NCBI GenBank assembly: GCA_963824985.1
Contig: CAWGRQ010000013.1
Location: forward strand, 10,630-74,629
DNA: 64,000 nucleotides
Reading direction: 5' to 3'
From: Terriglobia bacterium
GTDB lineage: Bacteria; Acidobacteriota; UBA6911
The notes under the pieces are model-generated. The model did not search any database and was not told the DNA's origin. It saw nothing but the letters and a program-made list of their open reading frames with translations. A program made the translations under genes and the position numbers. Of the stretch, positions 8,504 through 15,559 are shown piece after piece. Position 1 is the first letter of the stretch; every line of letters starts with the position of its first letter.

Positions 8504-9204
8504 GCACTCCTCCTGCGGTTCCGCTCCACCAGTGGCCGGAGGATGCGCATGGGAATGACAAACCAGAGCAAATCCGTGTTGAACATGAAGAGGGTTCCGG
8601 TCGCAACATGCGGAATGCGTACCTTGCCGACCTCGATGTCGAATGGCTCAACCGAAAAGTGAACCGCCAGCGCCCGCTCGATATTCCCGGCCAGGCGATC
8701 CCGAAAGCCTTGAACGGCGCGCGTCAGCGTGGCCCGGGCCTTCTCCAGAGGGACGCAGAATAATTCGCCCTCTCTGAAGGAGATACCGGTCATTTCGCGG
8801 CGCATCGATTCTTCGAGCCACTGCTCGTAGGCGCGGCTGAGCTTCCAGAGATTCGCTTTCAGCCCGGACAGCTTCGCCTGAATCTCACGTGTAACGCGCC
8901 CCTCAACTTCCGGGAAGATCTCTCCCATGCGCTTCATGACCCAGGGACGGGTCTGGCCGGCGCTCTCGCGCGTCAACGCCTGCAACTCCATTCGGATTGA
9001 TTCAAAGCTCGTTTTCTCATTGAGAACCTGGCTCTTGAGATCCGAGCGGTTCGCGTCGGCACGATCTGCGGCTGCCAGCGCCAGCGAGAGGTAGTCGCTC
9101 GTGCGCTCCATCAGCGTCTTGAACTTCTTCTGAATGGCCTGAAGACGGCCGACAACAGCGGAGAGCGGAGGATTGGATTCAACTGTGATCTGGGCTTCGG
9201 CCAT
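8491..9204 (-). CDS. hypothetical helical protein (237 aa) with a hydrophobic C-terminal segment; first gene downstream of the fluoride riboswitch
   Basis: Long ORF with no competing frame. The ATG at 9204 (MAEAQITVES...) was chosen because the ORF-track TTG at 9258 lies inside the terminator U-tract. The C-terminus LLWFVIPMRILRPLVER overlaps the phosphoesterase start by 13 nt. No family recognised with certainty. Confidence 0.6.
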   Translation of the reverse strand: MAEAQITVESNPPLSAVVGRLQAIQKKFKTLMERTSDYLSLALAAADRADANRSDLKSQVLNEKTSFESIRMELQALTRESAGQTRPWVMKRMGEIFPEVEGRVTREIQAKLSGLKANLWKLSRAYEQWLEESMRREMTGISFREGELFCVPLEKARATLTRAVQGFRDRLAGNIERALAVHFSVEPFDIEVGKVRIPHVATGTLFMFNTDLLWFVIPMRILRPLVERNRRRSACVT

Positions 9205-9255
9205 GATCGAGAACCCATGGTTTCGACTTCGATCGGTTATCCGACAGGGGCCATG

Positions 9256-9291
9256 CAAAAAACCCCGCCCGGGAATCCCCTGGGCGGGGTT
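9256..9291 (-). terminator. intrinsic terminator (expression platform of the riboswitch)
   Basis: Minus strand AACCCCGCCC-AGGGGAUUCCC-GGGCGGGGUU followed by UUUUUU. 10-bp GC-rich stem, about 50 nt upstream of the ATG at 9204. Confidence 0.7.
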
Positions 9292-9335
9292 CTTATGGAT
9301 CCATGCTTTAACTCCTACCCAGGCCTTTTCTCGAG

Positions 9336-9384
9336 GTAGGAGTTATCAGGCCAGATACGGCCGGTTATGGCGAACTCCATCGCC
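9336..9384 (-). promoter_or_regulatory. fluoride riboswitch aptamer (crcB RNA motif)
   Basis: Minus strand GGCGAUGGAGUUCGCCAUAACCGGCCGUAUCUGGCCUGAUAACUCCUAC. It has a P1 GGCGA/UCGCC, an AUAAC linker, a short hairpin GGCC-GUAUCU-GGCC, and a pseudoknot GGAG...CUCC followed by terminal CCUAC. It is near-identical in layout to fluoride aptamers as I recall them. Confidence 0.75.
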
Positions 9385-9390
9385 AGCACA

Positions 9391-9419
9391 ATCCTACCAA
9401 TGCTTGAATTCGGAAACAA
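9391..9419 (-). promoter_or_regulatory. candidate sigma70-type promoter for the riboswitch leader
   Basis: Minus strand TTGTTT, 17 nt spacer, TAGGAT. The -10 ends 6 nt before the first G of the aptamer. Weak match to consensus. Confidence 0.3.
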
Positions 9420-9524
9420 GCCACTTCCGCCCGCAAGATCCGGTGAACGATGGCGTTCTCCGCGATGATCTGTGGCAGACTCTTTCGGCCGAGCTGTAAC
9501 CGGCGCGGGACTTCCAAAAAAAAC

Positions 9525-9556
9525 GCCACGGATCACAGATTGCACAGATTCAAAAA
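9525..9556. repeat. degenerate fragment of the CCACGGAT-type repeat (family A)
   Basis: GCCACGGATCACAGATTGCACAGATTCAAAAAG: tandem CACAGATT x2 followed by CAAAAAG, resembling the left arm of the 14.4-kb and 40.1-kb elements. Confidence 0.3.
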
Positions 9557-9904
9557 GCCTGGCAGTTTCTTGAAGATCTGTATCCGAGACAAATGCGCGG
9601 GTATGGAGAGATGGATCCGGCGGCGGGAGGGGATCTTACCTGGGTGCTTCAGGAGGTCCGGAGGCTAGCGGAGCCCGGGAGAAACGCCTCTCCCGGATCC
9701 AGGCCGAACCTGCACTCGCTCGCCAGCTCGAGCGATTGTCTCAGATCATTGCGCGTCACGGACTGGTCGAGTACCTTCCCGCCTTGGATTCGATAATTCG
9801 AAAGCTCGAATCTCATCGTTTCGAGATAGCGGTCTTCGGTCGGCTCGCGGACGGGTGGGGAGGCGGGGCGGAGCTGAGTTCACCATCGATCGGGTCCATG
9901 GCCC

Positions 9905-10130
9905 ATGCTCTACGGCAGAGAGAGGGATATCCGGAATCTGGTAGCAAACTTGCGGCACGGAGTGCACACCCTCGTCTTCGGCGCACCAGGCTCCGGTAAG
10001 AGCGCCCTGCTCCAGGAATCTGCCCGTCTTCTCTCCTCGAATCAAGCATCAGAACGGCTCGTCGCTTACGTGGGGGACTGCGGCTCCCGCAAGGTCTTAC
10101 TCAGAATCTTCTTAATCAGAAATAGCGCGG
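9905..10130 (+). pseudogene. N-terminal fragment of a P-loop (AAA-type) ATPase, truncated
   Basis: YGRERDIRNLVANLRHGVHTLVFGAPGSGKSALLQESARLL (Walker A). The frame then runs into the 3' end of the convergent, clearly coding 10150-10653 gene and loses protein-like character. Confidence 0.4.
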
Positions 10131-10149
10131 ATTGGTTCGCGCCCCATTC

Positions 10150-10653
10150 TCATTTCTTCACTGCGAAGGAAAAGTGCTGCTGTGCCATGACCCATCGGCC
10201 GCCCCGTTTCTCGAGAACGCCCGACCAGCGGGTGTCTTCCCAGTTCGCCGGCTGGCCCTTCCATTCATTGATGTCGTCCAGGAGGCAGAAGAACCAGGCT
10301 ACGTCCCCGGATCTGGAGATCTTGATTTTGAGGTCCCGTAGTTCGTACCGGACGGCCTTGAAATCAGGGCTGCTCCAGATAGTCTCCGCCTTTTTGAATT
10401 CCTCGAAACCCCTGACGACCGCGCCGTCAGGGTGCACCTCGAGAAAGTCCGGATCGTTGGCGATCACGCCGTACAGGAGCCGGAAGTCCTTGGTTTTGGC
10501 CCAGCCGATGCAATCCCGGATCGACTGTTCAATCTGCTTCAGTTCGTCGCCGCCGGACCTGTATGAGTTGCCGGCCGGGCCCCATGCGGCGAAGAAAAGG
10601 AGCGTCATGGCTATACCGAGACAGATAACTATGATGGAAATAGGCCTTTTCAT
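10150..10653 (-). CDS. SnoaL-like/DUF4440-type (NTF2-fold) protein with N-terminal signal/anchor
   Basis: 167-aa ORF. N-terminal MKRPISIIVICLGIAMTLLFFAA. Body ...IEQSIRDCIGWAKTKDFRLLYGVIANDPDFL...DVAWFFCLLDDINEWKGQPANWEDTRWSGVLEKRGGRWVMAQQHFS, typical of the NTF2-like fold. Confidence 0.7.
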   Translation of the reverse strand: MKRPISIIVICLGIAMTLLFFAAWGPAGNSYRSGGDELKQIEQSIRDCIGWAKTKDFRLLYGVIANDPDFLEVHPDGAVVRGFEEFKKAETIWSSPDFKAVRYELRDLKIKISRSGDVAWFFCLLDDINEWKGQPANWEDTRWSGVLEKRGGRWVMAQQHFSFAVKK

Positions 10654-10839
10654 GCTGCCCCCATTTCGCGAACTTCAAGATCGGGAAACTGCCGGTTTGA
10701 GAATCTCATCTGTGTGAGAACTTCAGGTCCGGATGATTGCCGGCTGCAGCGAGCCACTGAATTTCGACTGCCGGTATCCAGCAAGTCAGGAATTCCTGAA
10801 GCATCTTCCTGGTTTCCATCAACGAAGACGATAATGGGA

Positions 10840-11110
10840 GGATTGGAGTTCCATCGAATCGCACGACGCATTTCCGGGAAGGTGGTCGTTTTCAGTATCA
10901 CACCGGGTACCTCGACGGGATGCCATGTCCTGAAGCTGAGCATCGTCGATGCCATGCTGCTCCGGCCGCTGCCATTCCCGGACCCGGATCGAGAGGTGTA
11001 TGTGAGCGGGGTGAATGCCAAGCGGGCGGCAGCGTCTTCATCCTGGGGTCGAAGCGATCGGCAGGCACCGCCGAATTCGTGGCGCCTCGAACGCTGTACC
11101 CCCAGTGATT
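10840..11110 (+). pseudogene. remnant of the N-terminus of a MacB/FtsX-type (ADOP-family-like) permease
   Basis: The + frame reads FHRIARRISGK...LSIVDAMLLRPLPFPDPDREVYV, matching the conserved N-terminal xxFSVVxAVLLRPLPxxxPDRLV block of these ~800-aa permeases. Only ~100 recognisable codons remain before the TPR gene's 3' end. Confidence 0.35.
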
Positions 11111-11285
11111 TGAAAACGGGACCCGTGAGCAACGCTGGCAAAAGAAAATTTTCCAGCTCTGACCCCACACTCAGGCCACCCGAACCCAGGAAATCTCGGG
11201 CTGAGTTCGTCAGAGCGATTCCGGCCGCAACGATCTCGTGTCTTAGGAAACCTTTATCGCGAGCGATTGCGGGTCGCGATCGGAA

Positions 11286-12182
11286 CTACTTTCGGGCGCG
11301 GACCAGCTCGGCTTCGGCGGCGATGAAGCCGAAGGCGGGCCAGTAGCTTCTCGAGACAATCTTGCGGAAGATCTCCATCGCGCGCTCGCTGCGCCCGTTG
11401 TACAGATGCCAGTTGGCCACGCCGTAACCCAGCGTGGCGATCTGAAGCGGGGTGGCACTCTGCATGTTGAGCAGATCCTCTTCGTTCCTCGATCCCTGAT
11501 ACATCATCAGGCGGCTGTAATAGTCGCTGTTTTCTTTGACCTTCAAGTTCGGCTTGATGCGGGCAAGCAGGCTCGCTGCCTTCTCCGCCTGCCCGGCACG
11601 GCGATAGGCCATATACAGCCAGTCCGCAGTGGATACCAGCGAGTCGTCGGTCTTGGCGGGATCGCTTTTCGTCTGGTCATCGGCGACGGCCAGGCAGCTC
11701 TCATACCCCGTCACCGCGCGGGCGAAATCGCCGCGCAGATAGTAGGACAAACCCAGGTGGTACCAGATGTCGAAGTCCTTGGGATTGAGCTTTGCCGCTT
11801 TTTCGAGATCCGCGGTCGCTTTCTGGAACTGCCGTGTGGATATATATCGGTGCCCGCGGTGGCGATAAAGCATGGCATTGTTCGGCGCCAGTTTGATGCC
11901 GCGGCTGAAGGTGGCGATGGCGTCATGATAGCGCCAGATGCCGGCCTGCGCCAGGCCAAGGGAAATGATGTTGTCAATGTTCTTCGGATCCGCCTGGAGC
12001 TTGGCTTCCGCCGCGGCAACTGCGCCATTCTCATCCTTCTGCGCGAAGCATTTCATGCCCAGGGGCGAGATTAGTTCGGGCTTGTCTCCCGCAGACTGTT
12101 GTCCGCCGCTCAGGGTCGTTGCGGTAAGAGCAGTAACGATCAAAAACAGGGAAGCACCTCGAATCGGCAATTGGACGGCCAT
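11286..12182 (-). CDS. TPR-repeat protein with signal peptide
   Basis: 298-aa ORF. AAGGAGGA lies 5-6 nt upstream of the ATG. Signal-like ASLFLIVTALTATTLSG. Repeated TPR-like units (AIATFSRGIKLAPNNAMLYRHRG, ADLEKAAKLNPKDFDIWYHLG). Confidence 0.85.
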   Translation of the reverse strand: MAVQLPIRGASLFLIVTALTATTLSGGQQSAGDKPELISPLGMKCFAQKDENGAVAAAEAKLQADPKNIDNIISLGLAQAGIWRYHDAIATFSRGIKLAPNNAMLYRHRGHRYISTRQFQKATADLEKAAKLNPKDFDIWYHLGLSYYLRGDFARAVTGYESCLAVADDQTKSDPAKTDDSLVSTADWLYMAYRRAGQAEKAASLLARIKPNLKVKENSDYYSRLMMYQGSRNEEDLLNMQSATPLQIATLGYGVANWHLYNGRSERAMEIFRKIVSRSYWPAFGFIAAEAELVRARK

Positions 12183-12241
12183 ATAAGTCCTCCTTGCCCG
12201 TTAACTATATACCTTAATAGGTCGACTCTGACGCTCCGATA

Positions 12242-12490
12242 TCACCGGATCTCCTTTCCGGGGGTGTCCCGGCCTCCCTGGTGCACGATTAGGCCGGTCA
12301 CTTGCCTGCACGCATCCTTCACGAATGTCACCTGTGCATCGACGGCCTTGTAAAAGAAGCCGGTTTCCGACTCCGGATATACCGCGATGACCGTATCCTT
12401 CATTTGCAGAGGATCGAGAATCCTCCTGGTGACCAGGGTCTCATAACTCATCCCCGCCTTGAGATGACGTCGGACCGGCTTCTGTGGTAA
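12242..12490 (-). pseudogene. remnant of a beta-lactamase-family serine hydrolase (internal and 5' deletions)
   Basis: GMSYETLVTRRILDPLQMKDT (PF00144-type block) is joined directly to a DUF3471-like tail FFYKAVDAQVTFVKDACRQVTGLIVHQGGRDTPGKEIR. There is no catalytic SxxK region, and upstream residues are not protein-like. Confidence 0.45.
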
Positions 12491-12533
12491 AATCGCGCCC
12501 GCACCTGCAGCCACGATCGGATCGGGAAGGGCC

Positions 12534-13085
12534 ATGAGCGACCAAATCCGGAAAACAGGAAAAATCATATTGGATGGCGCCGGGATCGACCTGGCGATAA
12601 CGCGGATGGCGGCAGAGATCGGGGAGACGTTGGTGCCGCTGGGCGTATTCGCCATCATCGGGATCCGACGACGCGGAGTGCCCCTGGCCATCCGGCTCTG
12701 CCGGAAGCTTGAGGCCAATCTCAAGAGATCGATTCCAAACGGCATCCTGGATATTACGCTCTACCGTGATGATCTCACCACGGTTGCCGACCGTCCCGTA
12801 CTGCGGGGCACCGCCATCGACTTCGATGTTAACCAGGTGAACCTCGTCCTCGTGGATGATGTCCTGTACACGGGGCGCACCGTGCGCGCCGCGCTTGACG
12901 GGTTGGTGGACCTTGGCCGCCCGAGACGGGTCCAGCTCGCGGTGCTCATCGATCGCGGGCACAGGGAGTTGCCGATCCAGGCTGACTACGTCGGAAGATA
13001 CGTCGAGACTGCCGAGGATGAGATTGTCGAGGTTCGCCTGATGGAAACGGATGGTGAGGAACAGGTAGTTCTGGTAAAGAAATAG
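12534..13085 (+). CDS. pyrR: bifunctional pyrimidine operon regulator / uracil phosphoribosyltransferase PyrR
   Basis: 183 aa. PRPP-binding VLVDDVLYTGRTVRAAL and LIDRGHRELPIQADYVG. Confidence 0.9.
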   Translation: MSDQIRKTGKIILDGAGIDLAITRMAAEIGETLVPLGVFAIIGIRRRGVPLAIRLCRKLEANLKRSIPNGILDITLYRDDLTTVADRPVLRGTAIDFDVNQVNLVLVDDVLYTGRTVRAALDGLVDLGRPRRVQLAVLIDRGHRELPIQADYVGRYVETAEDEIVEVRLMETDGEEQVVLVKK

Positions 13086-13088
13086 CCT

Positions 13089-14363
13089 ATGGACCTCATT
13101 CTTCGTCAAGGCAGGATCGTCGACCCCGCACAAAACCTCGACCAGGTCGGGGATCTCGGGATCCTCAAGGGCCGCATCGCCGCAATCTCTGGAAATATCT
13201 CTCCGAAGGGAAAAAGGGAAATCGATTGTACGGGTCTGGTGGTGGCGCCGGGCTTTCTCGACATGCACGTCCACCTGCGCGAGCCCGGCCGCGAAGACGC
13301 CGAAACGATTGAGACCGGAACGAAGGCCGCCGCCCGCGGCGGTTTCACCGCTGTGGCCTGCATGCCGAACACCCGGCCGGTCAACGACTCGGACGAAGTT
13401 ACTGCCTTTATCCTCAAGCGTGCGCGGGAAGTTTCGCCGATCCCGGTTTATCCCATCGGGGCGATCACCTTGGGGAGCCGTGGGGAGACCCTTGCCGATA
13501 TCGAGCGTATGGTGCATGCGGGCATTGTCGCCATCAGCGATGACGGCCAGCCGGTCCAGAACAGCCAGGTCATGCGGCGAGCCATGGAAGACGCGCGCTC
13601 CCTGGATATCCCGGTTATTGACCACTGTGAAGACAAGGACCTGGCCGCCGGCGGCTGCATGAATGAAGGCCTTCAGGCCGCGTTGCTCGGAGTGAACGGC
13701 ATCAATCCCGCGGCCGAGGAAGTCCAGGTAGAGAGGGACGCAATTCTGGCCCGCCGCACCGGCGCGCGAGTGCACATCGCCCACATTTCCTCGCGGCACT
13801 CCCTGGAGACGGTGCGTCGCGCGCGGGCCGAAGGGATTGCGATCAGTTGCGAGGTCACGCCTCATCATCTGCTGCTGACGGAAGAGAGCGTCAGCGCCTG
13901 CGGCGCCAACGCCAAAATGAACCCGCCCCTGCGCACCCGTCAGGATGCGGAAGCCCTGGCCGCCGGCCTGGCGGCCGGCATCATTGATGTGATCGCTACC
14001 GACCATGCGCCGCATACCGGGCCCGACAAGCAACGCGGAATCGACAAGGCGCCTTTCGGAATCGTCGGTCTGGAAACCGCCGTGGGCCTGATCATGGACC
14101 GTCTGGTCCGCCCCGGCATCCTCAGCCTGACGGGCATGGTGGCGGTTTTTTCGCTTAACCCGGCGCGGATCCTGAAGCTGGAACGCGGCACCCTGGCCTT
14201 GGGAAGACCTGCCGACATCACCATCCTGGATCCCGACCTGCGATGGGAGGTGCGCGCCGAGTCATTCCTTTCAAAAGGCCGCAACACTCCGTTCGAAGGC
14301 TGGAAGCTGCGCGGCGGCCCCGCCATTACCATCGTTCAGGGAAACGTGATTTGGAGCCGATAG
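13089..14363 (+). CDS. pyrC: dihydroorotase
   Basis: 424 aa. PGFLDMHVHLREPG metal-binding motif, and DHAPH near the C-terminal half. Starts 3 nt after the pyrR stop. Confidence 0.9.
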   Translation: MDLILRQGRIVDPAQNLDQVGDLGILKGRIAAISGNISPKGKREIDCTGLVVAPGFLDMHVHLREPGREDAETIETGTKAAARGGFTAVACMPNTRPVNDSDEVTAFILKRAREVSPIPVYPIGAITLGSRGETLADIERMVHAGIVAISDDGQPVQNSQVMRRAMEDARSLDIPVIDHCEDKDLAAGGCMNEGLQAALLGVNGINPAAEEVQVERDAILARRTGARVHIAHISSRHSLETVRRARAEGIAISCEVTPHHLLLTEESVSACGANAKMNPPLRTRQDAEALAAGLAAGIIDVIATDHAPHTGPDKQRGIDKAPFGIVGLETAVGLIMDRLVRPGILSLTGMVAVFSLNPARILKLERGTLALGRPADITILDPDLRWEVRAESFLSKGRNTPFEGWKLRGGPAITIVQGNVIWSR

Positions 14364-14444
14364 CCTGGGAGCCTGCTCATCCGCGCCCAGCCCCTGCATT
14401 ACTCATGAACGGTATCCGTTCAGCCCTCCGGTCTGAGACAGCAA

Positions 14445-14625
14445 AAACCTGCCACGGATTTTACGGATTCCACGGATTTTGTGAAGGCACTACCAAAAGA
14501 TGATGTCTCCTGCAGCTTCCAGGATGCCGGCAAAGACGAAGACATCATTTGGAGTGCCTCGATACGCGCATATCCTGTGCATATGAATCCATGGAATCCG
14601 TGGCTGCTTGTGAAGGAGCTGCACA
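14445..14625. repeat. palindromic repeat element, family A (CCACGGAT-repeat arms)
   Basis: Left arm CCACGGATTTTACGGATTCCACGGATTTT (14452-14480), right arm GAATCCATGGAATCCGTGG (14585-14603). Central imperfect hairpin GAAGGCACTACCAAAAGATGATGTCT / AGACATCATTTGGAGTGCCTC. A homologous copy lies at 40092-40184. Confidence 0.75.
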
Positions 14626-14679
14626 ATTGCCATGAAAGTCTTCCGCAAACCTGCGGATGCGGATCGTACGGACGGTTTT

Positions 14680-15042
14680 CTATTTTTGTTTGTTATGTTT
14701 GGGAAGGGATTTCGTACCGGAGGGGGGCGCCTGATCGGATTGAGCCTCGGGGACTTCCAGTACGATCTCCCCTTTGCGTCCATACCCCTTCTCGCGCGCG
14801 ATGCGCTCGATGGTCAGGGCGTCGTTGCGCAACGACTCGACCGAGCGCCGGAGCGTCTGGATGGATTCTTCATGGGCTTTGTTGATTTTTTGCTGGCTTT
14901 CCAGTTCGGCCTGTTTTTTTTTCATGTCCATGTATCCACCCGGACCGAAGATGCTGAACAGGCCGATCAGCAGGGCGATCAGAATGGATACGATGAAAAA
15001 CGCCTCTTTGGCGTGGGATACCCGGCTTCGGCGGTGAGCCAT
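14680..15042 (-). CDS. ftsB: septum formation initiator (FtsB/DivIC family)
   Basis: 120 aa. One TM helix FFIVSILIALLIGLFSIFG followed by a coiled coil KKKQAELESQQKINKAHEESIQTLRRSVESLRND and ...ERIAREKGY. Confidence 0.75.
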   Translation of the reverse strand: MAHRRSRVSHAKEAFFIVSILIALLIGLFSIFGPGGYMDMKKKQAELESQQKINKAHEESIQTLRRSVESLRNDALTIERIAREKGYGRKGEIVLEVPEAQSDQAPPSGTKSLPKHNKQK

Positions 15043-15144
15043 GCGCTTTTCCGATCAACGTGCTGATTGACTTCGACCTTACGCTGGCATGATACTGAGG
15101 TGTCTGATATCAATCAACGGATTTGTGACCCGAAACCTCCCTCC

Positions 15145-15489
15145 ATGAAGGCGATTCTCGTTCTCACCACCGCCGATACACCAGAGCTGGCTCAAACCAT
15201 CGCTGCAGCCCTTGTCGAAGCCGGCGAAGCCGCCTGTGTCAGCATCATTCCCGGAGTGCGCTCGATCTATCGGTGGAAAGGCGAGGTTTGTGACGAAGCG
15301 GAATTGCTGTTGTTGATCAAGACGGCAGAAGAGAAGTACGAATCGGTGCGTTCCCGGATCCGGCAACTCCATTCCTATGAGATTCCGGAGGTGATTGCGC
15401 TGCCGATTGAGGCCGGGGATCCTGATTACCTGGGCTGGTTGTGCGCCCAGGTGCATGCGAGCTCCGGGGAGAACCCGCAGCATTCTTGA
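15145..15489 (+). CDS. cutA: divalent-cation tolerance protein CutA
   Basis: From the ATG at 15145: MKAILVLTTADTPELAQTIAAALVEAGEAACVSIIPGVRSIYRWKGEV...YEIPEVIALPI. The ORF-track start at 15067 is an upstream extension. Confidence 0.8.
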   Translation: MKAILVLTTADTPELAQTIAAALVEAGEAACVSIIPGVRSIYRWKGEVCDEAELLLLIKTAEEKYESVRSRIRQLHSYEIPEVIALPIEAGDPDYLGWLCAQVHASSGENPQHS

Positions 15490-15559
15490 TCGTCTCTCGT
15501 GAATGCGGGTTAACGGCAGGCCGGAACCAGGTTGCCTTGCGCCCGGCGTCCCCGGCGCC

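Noticed and set aside
9661-9840. Dynamin-like GTPase N-terminal fragment on the plus strand, possibly related to the 237-aa minus-strand protein
   Set aside because: Only the pre-P-loop segment (FEIAVFGR) is reminiscent and the P-loop itself is absent in all frames. The link to the 237-aa protein rests on vague memory of dynamin-like C-termini, so it is kept only as a remnant note.
12406-12428. Hairpin GAGGAT-CGAGA-ATCCTC with a CAGAGGA sequence as a possible PyrR-binding attenuator
   Set aside because: It only loosely resembles the PyrR binding loop (UCCAGAGAGG), lies upstream of the best promoter-like -10 (TGGTAAAAT at ~12484), and sits inside the hydrolase remnant.
12441-14033. 530-aa minus-strand ORF opposite pyrR and pyrC
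   Set aside because: A shadow ORF. The plus strand carries the canonical PyrR and dihydroorotase motifs.
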